64,000 nucleotides of DNA from NCBI GenBank assembly GCA_050246635.1, contig JBFWVR010000005.1, positions 370,844 through 434,843 of the forward strand. The letters run 5' to 3'. Origin of the DNA: Vicinamibacterales bacterium. Its GTDB lineage: Bacteria > Acidobacteriota > Vicinamibacteria > Vicinamibacterales > UBA2999. Within the stretch, counting starts at the first letter, position 1. Each line of letters begins with the position of its first letter. The position numbers and the translations under genes are program-made. This document shows, piece by piece, positions 55,477 through 62,473 of the stretch. The notes beneath the pieces were generated by a model. The model was not told the DNA's origin. It saw only the letters and a list, made by a program, of their open reading frames with translations, and did not search any database.

Positions 55477-55500
55477 CGATCACGCGTGTGCTCGTGATCG
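55477..55500. promoter_or_regulatory. perfect 8-bp inverted repeat, candidate activator (UAS) site
   Basis: The sequence is CGATCACG-cgtgtgct-CGTGATCG. Its centre is about 66 nt upstream of the predicted TSS of the 55528-55543 promoter. Confidence 0.35.
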
Positions 55501-55527
55501 TCGCGTCGATGCGCGACAGAGGATGCG

Positions 55528-55543
55528 CGGCACGCCGCTTGCT
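55528..55543 (+). promoter_or_regulatory. sigma54 (-24/-12) promoter upstream of the small PEP-CTERM-like gene
   Basis: CGGCACGCCGCTTGCT matches GGCACG-N4-TTGCT exactly apart from the first T. The predicted TSS is ~55554. Confidence 0.6.
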
Positions 55544-55641
55544 CCCTCGATACGTGGACCGCGCCGGGTGACGCGATGTGCGATCGCACGGCAGATGAAC
55601 ACCTCCACCCTGATGCGCGCTCCGAGGACAGTCAGACGCCC

Positions 55642-56001
55642 ATGCGAACTCGACGAACGACGGCGTGGCTGGTCGCGATGGCCGTGACGGCCGCGGCTGG
55701 TCTTGCACTTGCCTTTCTCCTCGACGTGTCAGGTGGCGCGGCGCCGCTCGCGCCCGGACCGGCGGCGCCTCGTGCCACGTCCACGCACACCAACGGGATG
55801 CACACCACGGGAACCGGCCATTCGTTCGCGGCCACCGCGCTGGCCGCGGTGCCCGACACGGTGTGGCTGCTGGCGACCGGGCTCGCGTTGCTCGGCCTCG
55901 CCGCCGAGGTCCGCCGGCGTGGACGTCGTGCCCGCCGGCACTGGCGCGGCCAGGCGCGCGTCGTCGAAGCGCGCTCCGGAACGGAGCGCCTCTCGCCGTG
56001 A
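55642..56001 (+). CDS. small secreted protein with PEP-CTERM-like C-terminal sorting signal
   Basis: ATG 55642 gives MRTRRTTAWLVAMAVTAAAGLALAFLL (signal-like). A short Thr/His/Gly-rich region follows. Then comes [31 protein letters not shown]: a VP(D/E)-type motif, a hydrophobic helix and an Arg cluster. About 20 further residues follow that. The SD (GAGGA) sits 13 nt upstream. The track ORF starts earlier, at 55576. Confidence 0.45.
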   Translation: MRTRRTTAWLVAMAVTAAAGLALAFLLDVSGGAAPLAPGPAAPRATSTHTNGMHTTGTGHSFAATALAAVPDTVWLLATGLALLGLAAEVRRRGRRARRHWRGQARVVEARSGTERLSP

Positions 56002-56374
56002 GATCGATCGCCGGTCCCGGGGGAGGGAGGAACGCGCGCGCGTGCCTCTCAGGCGTGGGGAACGCAGCGCGGCCGTGCATCGACAGACGAGAGGGATCAG
56101 GGGAGAACGAGCGGTGGCAGGGGAGGCCTCCGCGGAGAGGTCGACCGGTGCTCTCTCGGACCTCAGGAATCAGGATCGTCTGACATGGTGAAATTCCTTC
56201 CATCGTGACCACCGGTCGAACGCGTACCGGCTGTCGGCGGTCCAGTTGAGCAAGAACCGGTCCGCCCCGAAAGACCACCGATTCCCCGCGGCGGCCGGCA
56301 CCCGAGGGAAGAACTTCGGCGCCTAGTGGTCGCCGACGACACAAGTTCTACGGTCGCGCTAACCCACCGCCCCG

Positions 56375-56421
56375 CCGCACCTCTGCGGCAACCCCCCCGT
56401 GCGGCACCTCCCGTGCGGCAC
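56375..56421. repeat. cluster of short TGCGGCA/GTGCGGCAC palindromic repeats
   Basis: CCGCAcctcTGCGG lies at 56375-56388. GTGCGGCAC lies at 56399-56407 and again at 56413-56421, a 14-bp period. The cluster is in the non-coding gap ~185-230 nt upstream of the MCP gene. Confidence 0.4.
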
Positions 56422-56604
56422 CCCGTCCGACTGACTGCACCTCACCACTCCGGTGTAGAGGCCTCCCCGCAGTGAGGGGAACTGCGTCCTGGCCCGTCCG
56501 AACGATGTTCCGCGGCCCCGGCGTGTCGATTACCCACGCGGACGGGCAGGACCGGGGTGGCCCCTGGAACGGCCCCTGTGCCTCATGTCAGGCAGGAGAC
56601 TTGG

Positions 56605-58149
56605 ATGAGACGTTTGGCCCTTCGCACGAGACTGGTCGGGGCGGTTGGCGGGTTGGTGGTGCTGTTCCTCGTCGCGGGCGCGACGGCGCTCGTGCTGCTG
56701 GGAAACGTGAATGACAGCCTGGAGGAAGCGGGGGGCAGCGGAGCGGAGCGCCTCGCGTATGCGAGGGACGTCGACGAGCTGGCGGACACCCTGCTGGTTC
56801 ACGAGCGCGGCGCGCTGCTCGGTGCGACCCTGCACAAGCCGGAGCTGCTCGCGACGTCCCGGTCCGAGATGCAGCGGATCGAGGCGGACATCACGTCGGC
56901 GCTCGACGCGCTCGACGCGCGCGTGGAGCGCTCGGACGCCAGGGCCGCGATCGCCGACGCGCGGGCGCACCTCGTTGCCGCGGTCCGGGAGTGGACGACC
57001 GCCGACCGCCTGATCGCCGCCGGCGACGTGGAGGGGGCCTTCGCGCACGCGGCGGCCCGCGTGAAGCCGGAGATCGACGGCGTCAATGCCGCGGCAGCGA
57101 CGCTCGCGCAGGTGGAGGACGGTGTGTTCGAGGGGCTGGTGGCGCACGGTCACGCCTCGTACCTGCGGGCCCTCATCGTCCAGGGCGGCATCCTGGGCCT
57201 GGCGCTGCTCGTCGCGGCCGGGATCGGCTGGATGGTGATCGGCGTCAGCCGGGAACTCCAGGCGATCTCGGCGGAGCTCGGGGTCGGCGCCCAGCAGGTG
57301 GCCGCGGCCTCGTCGCAGGTGGCGACGGCGGCGCAGGGCCTGTCGTCCGGCGCGACCGAGCAGGCGGCGTCCCTGGAGGAGACCTCGGCGTCGATGGAGG
57401 AGATGACGTCGATGTCGCACCAGAACGCCGAGAACGCGCGGGCGGCCGCCGGCGCGACCGACGCCGTGTCCGGCGAGGTCTCACGCAGCAACCAGGCGCT
57501 CGGTGAGCTCGTGGGCTCGATGGCCGCGATCAAGGAATCGAGCAACAACATCGCGCGCATCATCAAGACCATCGACGAGATCGCGTTCCAGACCAACATC
57601 CTCGCGCTCAACGCCGCCGTCGAGGCCGCGCGCGCCGGCGAGGCCGGCATGGGCTTCGCCGTGGTCGCCGACGAGGTGCGGAATCTCGCGCAGCGGTCCG
57701 CCCAGGCCGCGAAGGACACCGCGACGCTCATCGAGGAGTCGATTGACCGGGCCGGGCAGGGCGCGGTCAAGGTCGACCAGATGAGCCGCGGCATCGCGGC
57801 CATCACGCAGCGCATGTCCGAGGTGTCGCAGCTCGTGCAGAGCGTGACGACGGCGAGCCAGCAGCAGTCGCAGGGCGCGGGCCAGATCACCGAGGCGCTC
57901 CAGCAGATGGAGCGCGTCACGCAGACGAATGCCGCCACCGCGGAGGAGAGTGCCGCGGCCTCGGAAGAGCTGAGCGCCCAGGCCGAGACGACCCGGGCCA
58001 TCGCGGCACGCCTCGAGCGCATGGTGCACGGCGACCAGAGCGGCGAGCCCGCCCCTCACGGACCCGTGCGCCAGGGGCGGCTCGCGGCCGTGGTCCACGG
58101 GTTCGACCGCCACCGCGGCGTGATGGACGAGGAGGAGCGCGCCGCCTGA
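56605..58149 (+). CDS. methyl-accepting chemotaxis protein
   Basis: The start is ATG 56605 ([23 protein letters not shown]) with AGGAG upstream. A four-helix-bundle-like sensor is followed by a second TM helix and a HAMP domain. The signalling domain has the highly conserved [41 protein letters not shown]. Confidence 0.9.
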   Translation: MRRLALRTRLVGAVGGLVVLFLVAGATALVLLGNVNDSLEEAGGSGAERLAYARDVDELADTLLVHERGALLGATLHKPELLATSRSEMQRIEADITSALDALDARVERSDARAAIADARAHLVAAVREWTTADRLIAAGDVEGAFAHAAARVKPEIDGVNAAAATLAQVEDGVFEGLVAHGHASYLRALIVQGGILGLALLVAAGIGWMVIGVSRELQAISAELGVGAQQVAAASSQVATAAQGLSSGATEQAASLEETSASMEEMTSMSHQNAENARAAAGATDAVSGEVSRSNQALGELVGSMAAIKESSNNIARIIKTIDEIAFQTNILALNAAVEAARAGEAGMGFAVVADEVRNLAQRSAQAAKDTATLIEESIDRAGQGAVKVDQMSRGIAAITQRMSEVSQLVQSVTTASQQQSQGAGQITEALQQMERVTQTNAATAEESAAASEELSAQAETTRAIAARLERMVHGDQSGEPAPHGPVRQGRLAAVVHGFDRHRGVMDEEERAA

Positions 58150-58187
58150 GGTGCGCCCTCCGCCCACGTGGCGCGGTGTTCGCGAAC

Positions 58188-58203
58188 CGGCAACCCTCTT
58201 GCA
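58188..58203 (+). promoter_or_regulatory. sigma54-type promoter match upstream of the DUF1440 gene
   Basis: CGGCAACCCTCTTGCA has correct GG/GC spacing and a perfect TTGCA. The predicted TSS is ~58214, 29 nt before ATG 58243, which has a GGGAGG SD. Confidence 0.45.
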
Positions 58204-58242
58204 GCCGTCCCGGCCGAACCATCGAGTGGCAGGGAGGTTGGG

Positions 58243-58782
58243 ATGTGGGAGCATCGGAATGAGCACGCGCCGGTCAGAGGATTGGTGGCCGGCCTGGTTG
58301 CGGGGGCGGTTGGCACCTGGGCCATGACCCGGATGCAGTCGGGCATGTCGGCGGCGTCGAAGGCCTGGCAGGACGAGGCGGAGGCCGAAGCGGAGGCGCA
58401 TCGGCCGTTGTCCCGGGAACAGCCGTCCGAGCCGGCGACGGCGAAGGCGGCGGACATGGCCATGCGCACGGTCGGCGGCCGCTATCTCACGGAGCGGGAA
58501 AAGGCGCGCGTCGCTCCTCTGGTGCACTACGCCTTCGGCACGCTCATGGGCGGAGTCTACGGACTGCTGGCCGAGGTGGTGCCGTCCGTGACGACCGGCG
58601 GGGGCACCGGATTCGGCACGGCGCTGTTCATCGGCGCCGACGAAGTGGCCGTGCCCGCCCTCGGCCTGTCAGGCACGCCCGGCGAGATGCCGGCGTCGAG
58701 TCACGCGTTCGGCCTGGCGTCCCACCTCGGCTACGGTCTGGTCGTCGAGCTGGTGCGCCGGAACGTGCGTGACGTGATGTAG
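58243..58782 (+). CDS. DUF1440 (YagU-like) inner-membrane protein
   Basis: The start is ATG 58243 (MWEHRNEH...). It has 3-4 hydrophobic helices. The layout HYAFGTLMGGVYGLLAEVVP...HLGYGLVVELVRRNVR resembles E. coli YagU as I recall it. Confidence 0.6.
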   Translation: MWEHRNEHAPVRGLVAGLVAGAVGTWAMTRMQSGMSAASKAWQDEAEAEAEAHRPLSREQPSEPATAKAADMAMRTVGGRYLTEREKARVAPLVHYAFGTLMGGVYGLLAEVVPSVTTGGGTGFGTALFIGADEVAVPALGLSGTPGEMPASSHAFGLASHLGYGLVVELVRRNVRDVM

Positions 58783-58831
58783 GTGCGGCCGCGTGGGGGC
58801 CTCCAGCGGGCCGCCTGCGGCCGGGCTCGGG

Positions 58832-59236
58832 TCATGGGGACGCCAACGCGTCCAGGATCCGGCAGTCCGCAATCGTGCCGCCACCCCGGCACGCCCGCTT
58901 GATGCGACGGAGCCGTTGCGCCAGCCGTCGCAGGTCGTCGATCTTCCGCTCGATGGTGATCAGGTGCGCCCCCGTGAGCCTGTCCACCGCGTCGCACGCC
59001 TGATCATGCCGCGAGGCCAGTCGGAGCAGGTCGCGGACCTGATCCAGCGCGAACCCCAGCTCGCGGCACCGTCGCACGAACTGCAGGCGGTCGCGATGTT
59101 CCGCCTCGTAGACGCGATAGTTGCCGGCCGAGCGGCGGGGCGCGGGGAGCAGGCCGATGCGCTCGTAGTAGCGCACGGTCACGGGCTTGGTGCCCGTCGC
59201 CCGCGCGAGCTCTCCGATGGTCATCCCTTCCGACAT
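58832..59236 (-). CDS. MerR family (metal-responsive type) transcriptional regulator
   Basis: 134 aa. The N-terminal wHTH is MTIGELARATGTKPVTVRYYERIGLLP...NYRVY, followed by a coiled-coil dimerisation helix. Cys residues are positioned as in metal-sensing MerR/CueR/ZntR-type proteins (ACDAVD; ACRGGGTIADC). Confidence 0.85.
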   Translation of the reverse strand: MSEGMTIGELARATGTKPVTVRYYERIGLLPAPRRSAGNYRVYEAEHRDRLQFVRRCRELGFALDQVRDLLRLASRHDQACDAVDRLTGAHLITIERKIDDLRRLAQRLRRIKRACRGGGTIADCRILDALASP

Positions 59237-59254
59237 GCGTGTGCCTCCTCGACC

Positions 59255-59285
59255 TTGACCTTATAGCAACTATAGGGTCGATGCT
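59255..59285 (+). promoter_or_regulatory. MerR-type promoter/operator (19-bp spacer with dyad)
   Basis: TTGACC (-35, 59255-59260) is followed by a 19-bp spacer carrying the dyad ACCTTATAG-caa-CTATAGGGT (8 of 9 complementary). GATGCT (59280-59285) follows the spacer. The architecture matches the CueR/copA-type promoter. Confidence 0.45.
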
Positions 59286-59291
59286 TGGTCC

Positions 59292-61508
59292 ATGCCTGCG
59301 CACCTCGGCTCCCGATCTCCAGGTTTCCACCGATGCGCCCCCGGATTGCTCTGGGGGCCGTTGCTGTGCGTGCTGGTGCTGCTGTGCCTGGGGATGTCAG
59401 AGGCGGCGGCGGCCCAGGCCGGTGGTCCTTCGGCCGGCCTCGTGGTGTCCGTCACGAGCGGGCGTGGCCTGCCGGTCGTCGGCGCCCGCGTCGAGACCGG
59501 CGGCGTCGTTACGGAGACGGGCGCCGACGGCGTGGCCCGACTCGAGGTGCCGGCGGGAACCGTGACGGTGCTGGTCACCGCGGAGGGTTACGTACCGGTC
59601 GGTGCGTCCCTCGAGGCCACCGGCGGGCAGACCGCATCGCTCGATGTCGTGCTCGTGTCCCCGGTGCGTACGGAAGAGGAGGTCATCGTCTCCGCGACGC
59701 GCACGGAAGGACGGCTGGACGATCAGCCCACGCGCGTCGAGGTGCTCGGGCGCGAGGAGATCGAGGAGAAGATGCTCATGACGCCCGGTGACATCGTCAT
59801 GATGCTCAACGAGATGGGTGGGCTTCGCGTGCAGGCGACGGCGCCGTCGCTGGGCGCGGCCTCGGTGCGGATCCAGGGAATGCCTGGCCGTTACACCCGC
59901 TTTCTCGCGGACGGGCTGCCGCTCTTCGGCCAGCAGGTCGGCGGCCTCGGGCTGCTCCAGATTCCGCCGATGGATCTCGGACAGGTGGAGGTCATCAAGG
60001 GTGTCGCGTCGGCGCTGTACGGCGCCGGCGCGATGGGCGGCGTCGTCAACCTGCTGTCGCGGCGCCCAGGGCCGGAGGCGGTGCGCGAGGTCCTCGTCAA
60101 CCAGTCGACGGCCGGGGCCACCGACGCGGTCGCCTTCCTGTCGGGAGCGGGCGGACAGGGATGGAGCGCGACGCTGCTCGCGAGCGGGCACCGGCAGTCG
60201 GCCACCGATCGGGACGGCGACGGCTGGGCCGACCTCGCCCACTACCAGCGGGCTGTCGTCCGGCCACGGGCGTTCTGGGAAGACGCGGGAGGCCGGTCGC
60301 TGTACCTGACGGCCGGCGTGACGGTCGAAGACCGGGTCGGCGGTACGGTGCCTGGTGCACGCCTCGCCGCGACGGGGCTGCCATACCGCGAGGCCCTCGA
60401 CACGCGCCGGCTGGACCTGGGGGCCTCGGGCCAGGCCATCCTGGCCTCGGGCCACGTGGTCACGATGCGCACGGCGGCGGCGTGGCAGGCGCACACGCAC
60501 CAGTTCGGCGAGGTCGGCGAGCGCGACCGCCACGACACGTTCTTCGGTGAAGTGGCGGTGCGCGGAGCCGCGGGCCGCCACACGTGGGTGGCGGGTGCCG
60601 CCCTCGAGCGAGACGGTTACGACGCGACCGACCTGCCGCGCTTCAACTACGCCTTCTGGGTGCCAGGGATCTTCCTGCAGGACGACGTCACGCTCGCCCC
60701 GTGGGTGTCCTTGTCGCTGAGCGGCCGCGTCGACGTGCACAGCGAGTACGGCGCGTTCGCCAGCCCGCGTGTGTCCGCCCTCGTGCGGCAGGGTGGCTGG
60801 ACCAGCCGCGTGTCGGTCGGCCGCGGCTTCTTCGGCCCGACGCCGCTCGTCGAAGAGACCGAGGCCGCCGGTCTCAGTCGCCTCTCGATCGCGGGACCGC
60901 TCGAGCCGGAGGCGGGGACAAGCGTCTCCATCGACCTGACGCGCGTCCTCGGGCCGGCCTCGCTGACCGCGACGGCGTTCGCCGCTCGCGTGGCCCACCC
61001 GGTGCGCGTGCGGCGCGATGACGCGTTCGTCCTGCGCAACCTGGACACGCCCGCGACGACTGCCGGCGTGGAGCTGCTGGGGACTTGGCGCCAGGCGCCG
61101 TACGTGGTGACAGGCACCTATACCTACGTCAATGCCCGCGAACGGGAAGGGGGGCGCCTGGTGGAGACCGCGCTCACGCCGCGGCACAGCGCCGGCATCG
61201 TGGGGATGGCCGAGTCGGAGGAGGTCGGGCGGATCGGCGTCGAGCTCTACTTCACTGGCGCCCAGCGGCTGGAGGCCAATCCGCGCCGCGCCCGTTCGGA
61301 GGCCTATGTCGTTGTCGGCCTGCTCGCGGAACGTCGCTTCGGGCGCTGGAGCCTGTTCGTGAACGCCGAGAACCTGACGGACGTACGACAGAGCGACTGG
61401 GAGCCGCTGCTTCGCGCGGAGCGTGCGATCGATGGCCGCTGGACGGTGGACGCCTGGGCGCCCCTCGATGGACGCGTCATCAACGGGGGCATTCGCGTCG
61501 GCTTCTGA
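59292..61508 (+). CDS. TonB-dependent outer-membrane receptor with N-terminal carboxypeptidase-regulatory-like domain
   Basis: 738 aa; ATG start and signal peptide. A CarbopepD_reg-like beta-sandwich is followed by the plug domain (VIVSATR...RVEVLGREEIEEK...LRVQ...IRIQGM...GPMDLGQVEVIKGVASALYGAGAMGGVVNL). The beta-barrel ends ...GIRVGF. Confidence 0.85.
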   Translation: MPAHLGSRSPGFHRCAPGLLWGPLLCVLVLLCLGMSEAAAAQAGGPSAGLVVSVTSGRGLPVVGARVETGGVVTETGADGVARLEVPAGTVTVLVTAEGYVPVGASLEATGGQTASLDVVLVSPVRTEEEVIVSATRTEGRLDDQPTRVEVLGREEIEEKMLMTPGDIVMMLNEMGGLRVQATAPSLGAASVRIQGMPGRYTRFLADGLPLFGQQVGGLGLLQIPPMDLGQVEVIKGVASALYGAGAMGGVVNLLSRRPGPEAVREVLVNQSTAGATDAVAFLSGAGGQGWSATLLASGHRQSATDRDGDGWADLAHYQRAVVRPRAFWEDAGGRSLYLTAGVTVEDRVGGTVPGARLAATGLPYREALDTRRLDLGASGQAILASGHVVTMRTAAAWQAHTHQFGEVGERDRHDTFFGEVAVRGAAGRHTWVAGAALERDGYDATDLPRFNYAFWVPGIFLQDDVTLAPWVSLSLSGRVDVHSEYGAFASPRVSALVRQGGWTSRVSVGRGFFGPTPLVEETEAAGLSRLSIAGPLEPEAGTSVSIDLTRVLGPASLTATAFAARVAHPVRVRRDDAFVLRNLDTPATTAGVELLGTWRQAPYVVTGTYTYVNAREREGGRLVETALTPRHSAGIVGMAESEEVGRIGVELYFTGAQRLEANPRRARSEAYVVVGLLAERRFGRWSLFVNAENLTDVRQSDWEPLLRAERAIDGRWTVDAWAPLDGRVINGGIRVGF

Positions 61509-61594
61509 GCGGCCCTGTCGGCACACCCGGCGTCCTGCTGGTGGCGGTCCGGCTTCGCGTCGCAGTCCTCACGCGCTGCCGGAGCCCTTCATCC

Positions 61595-61888
61595 TCAGCG
61601 CGGCAATCCCTTCGCCGTGACGCTGGTCCAGCCGTTGCGCAGGAGTTCCTCGCGGCGCTCGTCGGCGTGAAGGCGCAGCTCCGAGCCCGGCGTCGCATCC
61701 GACCGGAAGAGGCGCGACCAGACGAGGGTCAGCAGGTCGGAACCCGGAGAGGACATCAGGAGCCGGAGTTCCGTGCCGTGTGGCCTCGTCCGGGCACGGG
61801 CTTCCGCGTGCGCGGATCCGTTGCCGAGATGCCACAGCACCTCTTCGGTGTTCGTGGGCGATGCGGTGGAGCCGGAGTCGAAGTGCAT
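61595..61888 (-). CDS. hypothetical small protein
   Basis: ATG 61888 (MHFDSGSTAS...) gives a 97-aa product. Its composition is not shadow-like (W, H, F, N, L-rich). I do not recognise the family. Confidence 0.3.
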   Translation of the reverse strand: MHFDSGSTASPTNTEEVLWHLGNGSAHAEARARTRPHGTELRLLMSSPGSDLLTLVWSRLFRSDATPGSELRLHADERREELLRNGWTSVTAKGLPR

Positions 61889-62194
61889 GGTTGGGAATCG
61901 CTGATCCAAAGGTGCCCCATTCTGCGCTGCCGCCGTTGGAGGGTCCACCCCTAACTGCGGGCTCGTCGACACCTGTGTGCAAATGTCAGCCTGCTTGTCA
62001 CGATCCCCGGCGCCGCGTGAGCGATTCGCCCATGGGTCTCGAGACAACGGGCGACCGTCCACCAGCGGGGCAGGTTCGGCTGCGCCGCCGCGCCCGGGCG
62101 TACCCGCGCGCCGGGTGCTCGACCTGCGATGTCCACTTGGAGGTCAGGGCCGATGGGGGACGGCCAGGGGGGCGCGGGAGAATTCGGAAAAACG

Positions 62195-62270
62195 TGGAGC
62201 CGGCGGTCGGACTCGAACCGACGACCTGCTGATTACGAATCAGCTGCTCTACCAACTGAGCTACGCCGGC
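62195..62270 (-). tRNA. tRNA-Thr (anticodon CGT)
   Basis: The reverse complement folds as a canonical cloverleaf. The parts in order are acceptor GCCGGCG, then TA, D-arm GCTC-AGTTGGTA-GAGC and A. The anticodon arm is GCTGA-TTCGTAA-TCAGC, followed by AGGTC. The T-arm is GTCGG-TTCGAGT-CCGAC, followed by acceptor CGCCGGC, T and an encoded CCA. Total length is 76 nt. Confidence 0.9.
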
Positions 62271-62473
62271 CTGGCTCTCTGACGGCGCGCAGGGCGCGCG
62301 CAGACCACCGATACTAGCACACTCCAGCCCGGCCGGGGCGACGGCTCGCCGGGGCGCCCCTTCTTGATACCGTCTTCCTGATTCTCCATTCTCCTCTCGC
62401 GCCCGTGGAGGGAGCCAGCTCCGCAGAAGTGATACAGTGAGGCCCGCAATCCTCCAAGCGGAGACACGACTTC

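Noticed and set aside
55576-55641. An earlier ATG (55576) for the small PEP-CTERM-like protein.
   Set aside because: It would add 22 acidic/polar residues in front of the signal-like segment. It also lies within a 12-bp palindrome only ~22 nt from the predicted TSS. ATG 55642 gives a conventional signal peptide. The choice remains uncertain.
56402-56416. A sigma54-like register, CGGCACCTCCCGTGC, within the GTGCGGCAC repeats.
   Set aside because: The register is created by the tandem palindromes themselves. It has a GTGC -12 box and lies ~190 nt from the MCP start. That is not enough to call a promoter.
61977-61992. CAGGCTGACATTTGCA on the minus strand, upstream of the small hypothetical gene.
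   Set aside because: The GG-to-GC spacing is one nucleotide short of the sigma54 consensus, and sigma54 tolerates spacing changes poorly.
62195-62270. The tRNA-Thr gene as a possible integration site marking a genomic island.
   Set aside because: No integrase, transposase or phage genes are in the window. I saw no direct repeat of the tRNA 3' end by eye. GC content and codon style look uniform across the EPS locus and both flanks.
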